A stretch of DNA of 63,189 nucleotides, the filler included, from Globobulimina sp. (lineage: Eukaryota): assembly GCA_003354225.1 (NCBI GenBank). It is 26 parts of 26 records of this genome, joined end to end, with 100 filler letters (N's around TTAATTAATTAA, not from the genome) between each part and the next. Parts side by side here need not be neighbours in the genome. Positions count along the whole stretch, not along the records: positions 43,827 to 46,159 come from PIVH01007322.1; positions 46,260 to 48,592 come from PIVH01007323.1; positions 48,693 to 51,025 come from PIVH01007324.1; positions 51,126 to 53,458 come from PIVH01007325.1; positions 53,559 to 55,891 come from PIVH01007326.1; positions 55,992 to 58,324 come from PIVH01007327.1; 20 more parts are not named here. One strand, written 5' to 3'. Under the pieces are notes generated by a model. The model did no database searches and was not told the origin of the DNA. It saw nothing but the letters and a program-made list of their open reading frames with translations. A program made the position numbers and the translations under genes. Shown one piece after another: positions 45,640 through 56,732 of the stretch. Within the stretch, counting starts at the first letter, position 1, and each line of letters starts with the position of its first letter.

Positions 45640-46259
45640 TTGTCGGAAAAGAACCAAATCCTTTTGTTGATAATATGAAAGCAAATCAGTTTATTTTTCA
45701 AATTGCTCATACGCTTCTTCCACAGAATTATATAATTTTTATGTAACAGGTTTTCTCGAAGCAAGCTTGTCATCACCTTACAACTCGTCGTTTCTATTTA
45801 TTTTGAACATGTTGCACTTTTTAAAAGTTAAGTCAACAAATAACATACACTCGAATATTTTGAGTGTGAAACTTGAATACTTACAGTGTTTGGATGTAGC
45901 GTTTAATAATAAAACTGAGCTGGATAGCAACAATGATGCTTTTCAATACGATATCTTTTTATCAGCACCAGCAAACTTATTTGAATTAATCGAATGGTTG
46001 ACGCCCGCATTCAATTCATTGTCAACATACATTCAACACGATCATGAACAAAAATTCAATTGCAACAAAACTATTACACACTCCACATCAACAAAAAACA
46101 ATTTGATGATCAATACCTATTTCAATCACAACAACGAAATAGAAATAAACTCTGAAATANNNNNNNNNNNNNNNNNNNNNNNNNNNNNNNNNNNNNNNNN
46201 NNNTTAATTAATTAANNNNNNNNNNNNNNNNNNNNNNNNNNNNNNNNNNNNNNNNNNNN

Positions 46260-47475
46260 TACAGTCCCAACAACTTGTAGCAATTTTATTTCCCGAAGGC
46301 GACAATTGAATCGAACTTACTCTTCTTTCATGAGGCAATGGTGCACGTTGTTGTGTTGTCGCCGTTTTCCATATTTGACAATATTCATCACCATCTAAAC
46401 CTATATATAGATAAATATAAAAAGAGTGAATATAAATTATAAAAAATAAAAACTAACATTCCAAACCTGCAAAGAGCCAATAACCAGATTTACTAAAACA
46501 TATTGATTGCACTGAATTCAATGCACCGTCTTTCGATTTAAATACATTGAGTTGTTTATGGGTTCGAATATCAATTAATTTGACTGTACCATCCTCAGAG
46601 CCGGAAGCAAATGCATTTCCATCAGGGAACCAAGTGCAACAATTTACATCTGCGCTATGAACATAATAGGTAAAAACACAATTATTTGCATTTGGAGATG
46701 ATTGTCTATAATCCCACAATTTACATGTTCCATCGGTGGAGGCTGACAATAATAACTTCCCACCGCCACCATTACCGCCACTCGGACATTCTTTTATTGC
46801 CATCACATCTGATGTATGTCCAATAAATCCTTGTGTTGGTAAGGAATTTTCAATATCTCATAAAAATATTTTACTATCACCAGACGAGGTCACTATTTCT
46901 GTCGAATCATTCATTAATATGCAATCTGATATAAATCCTTTATGTTTCGTTAAACAATTTATTTTTGTATGAGATTTGGATGATTTATCCTGTGAATTAT
47001 GCGCATAATTTATTTTATAAATTGTACATTGATTATTTAACCCGCCGCACGCAACATATTCACCGTTTTTGCTACTAAATGACAAACCGATTCCTGCTAA
47101 ATCTGGTGTATCAATGACACATAGTTTTTTACCAATATTATCATCATCGCCGCTCCATATTATTAGTTTTTGGTCTTGACCAGTTGAGGCTAAATAGCCT
47201 GAGTCGCACCATGATAATGAATATATTTTCTCAAAGTGCCCTTTCAATGTATGGCGACACACAAATCGCATCGTGCCATTTCTTTCTTTGTTGGCGCCGG
47301 GGTAATATGCTTTGTCTGATTTTAAATAGCTTGATAATACTAATGGCTCTGCATTGTTACAAGAATTTTGATATTCTTTTATTTGTAAACGTAATGACTG
47401 TATTTTGTTTACACAATCACCGTATAATTTATCCAATCCATTTGCATTCTCAGTTTTACTATCATTTGAATCCAT
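46260..47475 (-). CDS. GNB: G-protein beta subunit-like WD40 protein with an in-frame TGA; 3'-partial
   Basis: LKGHFEKIY, VACGGLNNQCTIY, IVTSSGD, FPDGNAFASGSEDG, HERRVS..ATSCWD; intron 46457-46401; TGA at 46858-46860. Confidence 0.88.
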
Positions 47476-47581
47476 AATTATACAAAGCAAGTCAGCATCA
47501 GCAAATGGGAGTTTTCGTGCAGTTCCAAAAAAACAGTTTTCAAAATTCTTTGCCTTTTTTGGAGTTCGTAGATTTTATATA

Positions 47582-48280
47582 ATGGCAGCTCCCTCTTATT
47601 CCAACCCAGCAATGTTGAAAAAGAAAGCATCAGACTTGCAACAACGAATGGTACCATATTTACAGTCACAATCAACAGTCTTCAAATACACCAAATCCGA
47701 CATAGGACGACGCAGAAACATGGGTCAATTTTTTTCAACCACAAACTGAACAATTCCAACAAATGGGACAATTTAGAGCTAACCTGGAAAATGGAGTGGC
47801 TTTGATGAGAGTTGCTCTGGCTGTCGATAGCCAAATCGGTAAACTGCTCTTCAAACAAAAGTTATTTAATCAATGATATTTTCTGCAATCAACCATTCAT
47901 ACATATTAGGACTGATATCGATACATGTACAGAGACATCAAAAAACCAAAAACCAAATTTCAAGCGTTAAATACGGGAAGACTTGGACAATTCAATAGAT
48001 TTTGCAAGTTAAGTAAGTGGTATACATTGTGATAGATATAGGATGAAATTAAATATTATTTGCAATTGATAAACAACAAAGAGAGTTTGGAGGGACAGAT
48101 GCTAAGAATGACTCCAACATTCATTTATTCTCTCCTGATTATTTGCAACTGAAAAATGGAAGGGAACATCCTGATTTGAAGTCAGTGGTTTTAACGTTGG
48201 AAAATTTATCTGCTGTGATTCATGAAAAAGGTGGTCAACAGCCCAAAGTTATTGGAATAAAAGTGGTCAAGAAAACATAA
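47582..48280 (+). CDS. Calponin-homology (transgelin/calponin-like) protein, 4 exons
   Basis: Spliced reading DDAETWV..FRANLENGVALM, GQFNRFC, LFSPDYL..DLKSVVLTL. Confidence 0.75.
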
Positions 48281-49254
48281 CTGTACAGAAATATTGCATG
48301 AGTAACTAGTCTGGACACAACAAAATATCCTGTTAGCATGCGTATAACCTTTGTCATTTTTGCTGAGAACTTACAGATATACTGCTGCGATACATACAAA
48401 ACACATACTGTAATGTCACTAAACTCAACTCTAAGTCTGTAACGATGCCATGCCCAAACTGTGATTTTTTTGCTAGACTTACAGTCTGAGCTTTTAGTAG
48501 CACACTTTTTTCTGTGACATGAACTTAAGTTGCAGATTACTTACTTTTTACACAGATTCAGTGTGTATGAGGAAACATAAGATTATGGCAAANNNNNNNN
48601 NNNNNNNNNNNNNNNNNNNNNNNNNNNNNNNNNNNNTTAATTAATTAANNNNNNNNNNNNNNNNNNNNNNNNNNNNNNNNNNNNNNNNNNNNATTATTTA
48701 AGGTATTACAGGAATTGAATAGTGTAATTAATATAATAGAATAATATACGGATAACATAAGTGTTTATTGACATTTGTTCTGTACATAACCAGACATAAT
48801 ATTCAGATACACAAACATATAACACATAGTATTTTCTGAATATTGTGTGCCAGGAAACATAAATTATATTTGTCAAACATTTGTTGGATTCAATAAATTC
48901 TTTGTGTTATCTGACATTGTCCTATTATATAAATTCGATTGTTTCGTTATATCTTAATTAAATTGCTATTTTTGATGAATGATAATTGTTTTCTGCAAAA
49001 ATCTACACAGGCCAATTACTTCAGAATAATTTAATCTGCACCGTGACAGGCCAACACTTGAACAATTTAAAATCCTATGGAGATTTACACTGTGTAAGGA
49101 TAATTAATGTATACAATTTCAAAAAAAGTGTTTCAAACAGGCATGCGCGTATATAGGCAGTCAAAAATGTTACAGAAACAAACATTTCAAAAATAAAACC
49201 ACATAACAAAAATAAAACCACATGAATACACCGACCGATCTAACCTTATATTAA

Positions 49255-50652
49255 TTAAATCAGCGAAATATTCAATTTAGAGCCTGGTTCAATTATTCCT
49301 CCATCTCCCATCATTGGAGTTTCATCCTCATCCTCATCCTGTTTATAATCATTCATATTCTTTAACACTTTGCTCTCAATCAATTTTACAAACATTTTCC
49401 ATTTGATAGGAAATTGCACATTTTCCTTACTTTTTTCTGAAATTCGTTTTAATCCGTCATTTAGAAGTTGCTCGCAATTAATTTGTATACATTTTTCTAA
49501 AATATTTCTGCATTTAAGATAATCATTAAATACACAAAAATAACAAAAAGATAATTCAATATAAGACTGCATATAATTTGGTCGTAATTCCATTATAACT
49601 TCTAACCATTTAATACATTGATTAATTATTTTATTATTAACGTTCCATTGATGTTCAAAACAAATATGTTCCACATATAATATCACCATTAAATACATTG
49701 CAAATGTGGCACTTTTTTGTTGCGGTTTCTGTTTCTCATACTCAACAACAATAAATCCATACCTCTCATAATAACAATTCCAGCACGTTTCCATTATTTG
49801 CATTATTTTATCCAAACTGCATCCATTTCTTATCATGCATTCTACAAAATCTTTATAATCAATGTATGATTGGAAATATCTGTGACGTTCATTCCCACTC
49901 CACACTTTTTCATACAATTTAAGTGATTCAGTGACTAATTCTTCACGTTGTGTGACATAAAGTACTCTCAGATATAATGAATAAAAATAATATCGATTAT
50001 AATTAGTAACTGCATTCCAAGTCACTTCTAATAAATCTTCAATATCAATATTATGACAATTTTCGTTTGTTTTATATAATCGAATACAAAAACAAATTTT
50101 GCGTTTAAGCCACGCATAGGTTGGTTTGTTAAATTTAGATGATTTTTTCTTTAAATGTATAGCAATATTAATATGGCTTAACCACAATGGCACCAAATTG
50201 GGATTCTGCTCTATTTTTGGTCGTGAATCTAATAAGGCAGCTAAGGCACAGCTGTATTCATAATGATACCGTGCATTATCCGGGTAATTCAAAATAAGTC
50301 CTTGCAATTTATTTAAATCTCGCTCTGATTTCATTCGTCCATATTTATTTAAACTTTTTTTCCAAAAATTATCATGTTTTGGCAAAGATTTTCTTGCAAA
50401 TTTAATACATAAAGGTAAGGCTGATCCATTTGGTTTTTTACCGTTATACTCAACCAATGCAGATATTGCGTCTCTATTATTGGCAAAGTTTACAAACCCA
50501 TTATTTTGACTGATTAATATGTGAGCATCTAATGGCTTGAATTTAGTAAAAAAATCTTTTAAATTCTTTGATGTCCATTTAGGTGGAATGCTCGAAATAT
50601 AAAGATCTTTTCTGGTGTCTTGTTCTTTTATTTCGTCGCTTTTGGCTTCCAT
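49255..50652 (-). CDS. RRM protein with helical (TPR-like) repeats
   Basis: RNP2 LYISSIP, RNP1 NGFVNF, L.IKFA. Confidence 0.8.
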   Translation of the reverse strand: MEAKSDEIKEQDTRKDLYISSIPPKWTSKNLKDFFTKFKPLDAHILISQNNGFVNFANNRDAISALVEYNGKKPNGSALPLCIKFARKSLPKHDNFWKKSLNKYGRMKSERDLNKLQGLILNYPDNARYHYEYSCALAALLDSRPKIEQNPNLVPLWLSHINIAIHLKKKSSKFNKPTYAWLKRKICFCIRLYKTNENCHNIDIEDLLEVTWNAVTNYNRYYFYSLYLRVLYVTQREELVTESLKLYEKVWSGNERHRYFQSYIDYKDFVECMIRNGCSLDKIMQIMETCWNCYYERYGFIVVEYEKQKPQQKSATFAMYLMVILYVEHICFEHQWNVNNKIINQCIKWLEVIMELRPNYMQSYIELSFCYFCVFNDYLKCRNILEKCIQINCEQLLNDGLKRISEKSKENVQFPIKWKMFVKLIESKVLKNMNDYKQDEDEDETPMMGDGGIIEPGSKLNISLI

Positions 50653-50746
50653 GTTTTTCAGTTGTTCTTCATTTCGTTATCCTTGCACATAAATTTAATA
50701 ATTAGTTTCCAACTCGACTAACTATTATTTATTGTTCACGTTATTA

Positions 50747-51025
50747 ATGATCAACGTTTCCATCAAGACAAGATGGCATTGGTTAGATTGGATTCGCGTA
50801 ATGGCAATAAATATGGTTATATTATACCACACAATTGAAGGGGTATTAAACTATCGTAAAAAAGGGCCTATTGATCATGAATTAAATACAATCAAAACAT
50901 ACATGCAATCTGTTGGCTTACCATTATTTTTTATGATCAGTGGCATGGTGAAAGGACTTAAAAAAAGGCAATATAATATTAAATTATCTCGTATTTCATA
51001 CCTAATCATTCCATTACTTATATCA
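50747..51025 (+). CDS. Acyltransferase-3 family membrane protein, 3'-partial
   Basis: RWHWLDWIRVMAI..VILYH..LPLFFMISG. Confidence 0.8.
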
Positions 51026-51429
51026 NNNNNNNNNNNNNNNNNNNNNNNNNNNNNNNNNNNNNNNNNNNNTTAATTAATTAANNNNNNNNNNNNNNNNNNN
51101 NNNNNNNNNNNNNNNNNNNNNNNNNTTAATTTTCTGTTGTCTTCTGCTGTCGTTATGCAGTCTTAAATTGGCTGAAACTGGCCTTAAACCCTCTCAATTT
51201 CGGGAAGGCCAGCCGTCAATAATTTTTATGGTCAGCTTTCTTTCATGATCATCAAACTCATTCATGTGCGTACTGAATATATATTGGCACCTCATTCTCC
51301 ACAGTAGTCAGTCTGGTGTTTTATAGTTTTTTTTAAGTGTTTATCAGCCTTTGAGTAGTAAATCAGTCATTGATTCGAATCTAAAAAAAAATACTGACAT
51401 ATATTAATTAAATGAAAATACTAACATAA

Positions 51430-53379
51430 TTATATAAATAATAAATAATATTGTACAATAGACTCAGCTAAAAAATCACACATCCGATCCGCATAAACTT
51501 GAGGTGGAGCACAACTAATTGCTTTTTGATTGGATTTGATTCTTCGCATCACATTTTCAACTTTTTTCTTAGCATTGTACTTTTGCAAAATATCAATAAT
51601 TCCCGCAAAATATATTTGCTTCTTATCTCTCGATATCATCCCTCGATGACAGAACGTAAATAAATATGGCGATGCCGCTTTATAATGAAACGTGTCATTC
51701 ACTCGATAATTATTCTCATTTTTATGCGCATTCACATTATGCACACCAACCAACAAAGAATAGTCCATAATTTTCAATGTCGTCAAGAATTTTGTATCAT
51801 TTATCAATTGGTTTTTATATAAACCACTCGCTTTCTCCCCGATATTGACCTCTTCGCCGTTATTTTTCCAATTTAAATCCTTTAAAACTTTCTCGTTTTC
51901 TTTGGATATCCTCCCTTTTGTACTCCCTTTCAAATCATAAATAATGTCCACATTCAAATTGCTATAAAATATCGATTCCATCACAATAAAATACACAAAA
52001 TTATTATTGCATTTTATGCCATACATTCCGAAAAATTTATTAATTAACGTATTCTGATTCGACCTCAAATACTCGTAATAGTTCGCAAATATTTTATTAA
52101 AAAAATAAAATTCCGATTTTTTCAACGATTTTATTAGAAATTTGCCAGAAGACGTATAGAAAAAATACATTCCGGACTTTGAATTGGCAATAAACGACAA
52201 CAGCGACTCCGAGAATTCTTTCATATACACATCGCACGATAAGCCATTCCAAGCGCGTATATTTGCAAATTTCGTCGGATAAAACTCAATAAATTGCAGT
52301 CCATTTTCGATATTTATCTCCAACGACTCGCCATTGATATATTGCTGATTATCATCGCAGTCTTTTAGCAAATAATTATATTTAATATCGTCGCGAACAA
52401 TATTTTTACGGTCGCAAATGCAGCAAAATACTTTTCGCCATAAACTTTCCTGCGCCAATTTGTAATGAAAATGGATAAATGTCGTGGTCGCGATGCCAAT
52501 TCGCAAATTATTACATAATTTGTATGAGGGATGCTTGAAATTAATGGTGGAGTAATCCCGCGTCCATGGCGCGATTATGGCGGATGATAAGGATAAAAAT
52601 TTGCGGTTTATGCCCAAACCGCCGTAGTATTGTTTTATGCGCGATGCGTTGTACAATATCTGCAAACCGAATAAATCCAAAAATAAAAAATTTGCGAAGA
52701 CTTTTTTCTTCCAGAAATTGCTAAAAACGGAGGAGGGAATTTGGGCGAAATGAAAGGTGCATATTAACATCAACCACAACAAGGCGGCGCCGCCAAATAT
52801 ATCCAATTTGCGCCAAGTTGCTTCGTTTTCGTTTATAAATATACACAATGCGATGGATTGGAATGTGATTAATAACAAACATATGCTGCAAATCAGTAAT
52901 ACGAATATTTTGGAATATTTTAATTTCATTGCTGTTGCCGTTGATTTCTTGGTGTTGATTATGAAAATTATTATAAATTCGAGCACGGAGACACAGATTA
53001 AGCCGTTTGTGATATAATTAATAATGTCTTGTAAGTCCGCCGTGTCGTAACCGACTAAAATGTATAATAACGGCGTAATAATCGATGCGAGTACGAGTTG
53101 TAGGCATAATATAAATAATTGTTTGGAGTAAATATAGGTTAAAATGGTGATGTATAATAAGGTGAAATAGGAACGGAATAAATATAACTCCTCAGAAAAT
53201 GTGTCGTTTTCATAGTAAATATAGATAATGATGCCGTCGGTGAAGGCGATCAATGTTAAGAGATATAAATCTAAGAAAGTATTAAATGCTTGGGTATGGA
53301 TAAATATCCAAAATCGCGAAGTTAAATTAAAAATAAAAAAATGTAGAATTATATAAGAAATCAGCAACAATAAATCCAT
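51430..53379 (-). CDS. Multi-TM protein fused to a PIP5K (PIPKc) domain
   Basis: About 7-8 TM segments, then SKSG..FF..FLIKS, YDLKGS, LKDLN, MDYSLLVG, IIDILQKY. Confidence 0.92.
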   Translation of the reverse strand: MDLLLLISYIILHFFIFNLTSRFWIFIHTQAFNTFLDLYLLTLIAFTDGIIIYIYYENDTFSEELYLFRSYFTLLYITILTYIYSKQLFILCLQLVLASIITPLLYILVGYDTADLQDIINYITNGLICVSVLEFIIIFIINTKKSTATAMKLKYSKIFVLLICSICLLLITFQSIALCIFINENEATWRKLDIFGGAALLWLMLICTFHFAQIPSSVFSNFWKKKVFANFLFLDLFGLQILYNASRIKQYYGGLGINRKFLSLSSAIIAPWTRDYSTINFKHPSYKLCNNLRIGIATTTFIHFHYKLAQESLWRKVFCCICDRKNIVRDDIKYNYLLKDCDDNQQYINGESLEINIENGLQFIEFYPTKFANIRAWNGLSCDVYMKEFSESLLSFIANSKSGMYFFYTSSGKFLIKSLKKSEFYFFNKIFANYYEYLRSNQNTLINKFFGMYGIKCNNNFVYFIVMESIFYSNLNVDIIYDLKGSTKGRISKENEKVLKDLNWKNNGEEVNIGEKASGLYKNQLINDTKFLTTLKIMDYSLLVGVHNVNAHKNENNYRVNDTFHYKAASPYLFTFCHRGMISRDKKQIYFAGIIDILQKYNAKKKVENVMRRIKSNQKAISCAPPQVYADRMCDFLAESIVQYYLLFI

Positions 53380-53558
53380 ATTATTTTCGGTTTGCGTTTA
53401 ATTGATAAGTATCGACACTGTAATCCATACAAAAAATATTATAAATCGGAAAATTAATNNNNNNNNNNNNNNNNNNNNNNNNNNNNNNNNNNNNNNNNNN
53501 NNTTAATTAATTAANNNNNNNNNNNNNNNNNNNNNNNNNNNNNNNNNNNNNNNNNNNN

Positions 53559-54898
53559 GTTTATTTGACAAATTCTTTGAAATCGACAGCGAACATTTAT
53601 TCCAACAATGTGGCTTATTAACAAAATCCTTATCTGCTCCACCAAAATATAAAAACGGTTCGTTTGAATGTCCCATGTGTTTGGATGTGGTGAATGTTGC
53701 AAACAATTCCTTTGAGATTGGCTGTTCGCACCAAATCTGCAATTCGTGTTGGAATGATTATATTGTCACTAATATTAAATTAGGCAAACAATGCATTAAT
53801 ATAAAATGTCCATACTTCAAATGTAATATCATAATACCACCACAATACATCATCAAATTCATACCATCCAATATGAAGGATCTCCAGTACAGATATCAGC
53901 GCTTTACATTAGAAAACTACATCGAAGTTCAGTATAATAACTATAACAATAAATATATCCTTGCACTCAATAATAACAAATACCATATATAGAATTGTGT
54001 GTTTTTATCATTTTGTCCCTCACCAAATTGTAACTATATAATTGAGATTGATCCAGGACTAATAATTGACATTGAATGTAAATGTGGTTCATTCAGCTGC
54101 AGCAAATGCAAACTATTACATTCGCATCGACCGTGTCCCTGCACCATTGCCAATAAATGGACGCTAAAAAACAGCAGCGATTCAGAGAATGTCCAATGGA
54201 TATTAGCAAAAACGAAGCAATGTCCAAAATGCAAGGTTCCCATTGAAAAGAATCATGGTTGCAATCACATGTCGTGTACCAAGTGCAGTTATGAGTTTTG
54301 TTGGCTGTGTCGAACGGATTGGAAGTTGCATGGCAGCGCAACCGGTGGCTTTTATAAATGTAATATTTATGACTCGCAGAAACAAAATGGTGTCTATGTA
54401 GTGGAGGAAAAGAAACAGGAGCACGCACAAAATGAATTGGAGCGGTATTCATTTTATTTAAAACGGTTTGATAATCATATCAAATCTGGCCATTTGGCGC
54501 AGGGATCTGTGGAGAATAAATATGCAGAGTCCAATATGGGTGACACTGAGGGCGAAGAGGAGGAGTATGTCATTGATGCATTTAAGGTGATTGTGCAATG
54601 CAGGAAGTTATTAGCATGGACGTATCCCATTGGATATTATTTGCCACGCAATTATAAGAAATTGGCATTGTTTATAGATTGCCAACAGCAGTTAGAGAAA
54701 TATACGGAACATTTGCATCAGTTGTTAGAGGACAAACATGTACACAGCAAAAAAAGTAAAAAGCATAAACATAACAATCAACGGATTGGAGAGATCAATA
54801 ATTTTATGAGAGTTACCAAGCGGTTTCGAGATAATTTGATGAATTCAATTGAAGCGGAAATTGGGAATGATTTGTTAGAAATTATGAAATTACACTAA
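53559..54898 (+). CDS. ARIH: Ariadne-type RBR E3 ubiquitin ligase, 5'-partial
   Basis: RING1, IBR, RING2 TKQCPKC..IEKNHGCNHMSC..FCWLC, Ariadne helix; intron 53927-53992. Confidence 0.93.
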
Positions 54899-54952
54899 AA
54901 CTGTTGACTCCTTGCACTTGCACTTAAAATTAAAATAAATTGCGTACGCTGG

Positions 54953-55450
54953 TCAAGTATTTGTCTCTGTCTCTCTTTTTTCGAATATTTTGTCCCATAG
55001 TTCCTTCCTCTTTTTTCGAATATCTTTGGATTGATCAGATGCGAACTCATCCCAATCTGCTGCTTGATTCTCTGTGTTTTCATGTATAACATTGCCAGAT
55101 TCATCCAGCTGTAGGGGCTCAGATTCAAACTCCATTTCCATTCCAATGGGTCCATAAACGAGTTCCAACCCAGTCACTGACCATGTTTTTTTTAGACCCA
55201 TAGTGAATGTTATATAAAAGAGGTGAATTGTTGGGACAAAATAAAATAATGTCATTCCAAGTGTTGATCCAATGGTACTGAGACCACATATAAATGGAAA
55301 TGAGCATATTCGTATAGGATCTGATAGATTCACTGCAAATAACGATCCAACAGTCATTGTTCCATGATACCACATTATTGATCCTCTGCCATATATTCGA
55401 AAAGGGGTTCGAGGCACTGCAGGTTTCACCCATCTATGAAGCAATCGCAT
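54953..55450 (-). CDS. Hypothetical membrane protein (possible mitochondrial presequence)
   Basis: Complete 165-aa ORF; basic N-terminus, hydrophobic middle, acidic tail. Confidence 0.55.
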   Translation of the reverse strand: MRLLHRWVKPAVPRTPFRIYGRGSIMWYHGTMTVGSLFAVNLSDPIRICSFPFICGLSTIGSTLGMTLFYFVPTIHLFYITFTMGLKKTWSVTGLELVYGPIGMEMEFESEPLQLDESGNVIHENTENQAADWDEFASDQSKDIRKKRKELWDKIFEKRETETNT

Positions 55451-55544
55451 TGTAAATTAAAAAGAGTTTTTTTTTTTATTTTTTTTTGACAAGGTATTAA
55501 TTAAAGATGTTTTTTTTTACAAAGAGCTAAATCGATAGTTATCA

Positions 55545-55891
55545 TTAATATTGTATTAGAGAATATATATTTAGTCCTTGTTTTTTAAGTCTATCTCTTC
55601 CATTTAAATCGTTTAATTCGATGACAACCATTGCTTCCAATACGTTTGCATTTATTTGCTTATCAATTAATAAATTATATGCAGCCTCCAATGTGCCTCC
55701 GGTAGCTAATAAATCATCAATAATTATGACATTCTCATTTTGTTTGATTGAATGAGCCTGGATTTCCAATGCATCGCTGCCATATTCTAATTCAAAATTT
55801 TGTGATATACATTGTCCGGGCAATTTGCCCTTCTTTCTTATCGGCACAAAGGCACATTTTAATCGCAGTGACATTATTGGTCCAAATAAGA
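55545..55891 (-). CDS. APRT: Adenine phosphoribosyltransferase, 5'-partial
   Basis: FVPIRKKGKLPG, LEYG, VIIIDDLLATGGT. Confidence 0.95.
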
Positions 55892-55994
55892 NNNNNNNNN
55901 NNNNNNNNNNNNNNNNNNNNNNNNNNNNNNNNNNNTTAATTAATTAANNNNNNNNNNNNNNNNNNNNNNNNNNNNNNNNNNNNNNNNNNNNTTG

Positions 55995-56062
55995 AGTGCG
56001 ATATGAACATGTAAAAATAGTGCGATATGAACATCTAAAATTTGCAACGTGAACATCTAAAA
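55995..56062. repeat. Short tandem repeat (24-nt period, ~2.5 copies)
   Basis: AGTGCGATATGAACAT(G/C)TAAAA x2 plus a partial third copy. Confidence 0.8.
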
Positions 56063-56152
56063 AACGCTAACCACAATAAATTAGCTCAAGTTGTGTATGC
56101 ACTCTGCAGTGAATACAAAGTTTAATTTAATCTGCTTTCAAAAATAAAAAAG

Positions 56153-56226
56153 TACCCACTGCGAGACTCGAACTCGCGACCCTCTGCGTGTGGAGCAGAT
56201 GTCATAACCAACTAGACCAAGTGGGC
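56153..56226 (-). tRNA. trnV-CAC: tRNA-Val(CAC) with atypical C33
   Basis: Full cloverleaf: GCCCACT/AGTGGGT, TCTGC-TCCACAC-GCAGA, GCGAG-TTCGAGT-CTCGC; oligo-T terminator follows. Confidence 0.88.
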
Positions 56227-56255
56227 TTAATTTAATTAAATTCTTCATTGACACG

Positions 56256-56312
56256 CACCCGCTGTGGGATCGAACCCACGACCATTAGCTCTACCGTCTG
56301 AGCTAAGCGGGC
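56256..56312 (-). pseudogene. tRNA-Lys-like gene lacking the anticodon arm
   Basis: GCCCGCT-TA-GCTC AGACGGTA GAGC-TAATGGTC-GTGGG TTCGAT CCCAC-AGCGGGT-G; 57 nt. Confidence 0.8.
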
Positions 56313-56732
56313 TAGCTATTCTTTTTCATCATATCCCTCACCATTATTCTATTTATGGTGAGCGAATCTAACAATTTTTGTTTTGTGGGAGAAACGATAA
56401 AAATTATAAATTTTCAGTTATTATTACAGGAAATGAATTTGATTTCTTCAAAACAATATAAAACCTAAAATCCACATGTATTCAACATGTATATGATTGA
56501 TGGTCCATATAACCATCCTTATGCTGAATGTAGTTTTCAAATTTATAGTTTTATAATTTATAGTTTTATAATTTTTTTTTTGTTTCGTTCGATTCATTGC
56601 TCAAATAAAAGTGAAAAAAGATGAATATGAAGATTAAATTAAACTAGATTTACTAGAACAGCTTCAATACTGCAAAAAACAAAAAAAAAGATCAGAAAGT
56701 TAAATATATGAAAAAAAAAGGTTAAATTATAA

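Noticed and set aside
51170-51237. snRNA-like three-way junction (CTGGCCTT/AAGGCCAG, Sm-like AATTTTT)
   Set aside because: No match to U1/U2/U4/U5 conserved loops; single copy; could be chance.
46260-53458. Genome-wide stop-codon reassignment
   Set aside because: Only isolated in-frame stops; TGA, TAA and TAG all end conserved genes normally (SET, Tctex-1, APRT, alpha-kinase).
55995-56062. CRISPR-like array
   Set aside because: Contiguous tandem units with no unique spacers and no cas genes.
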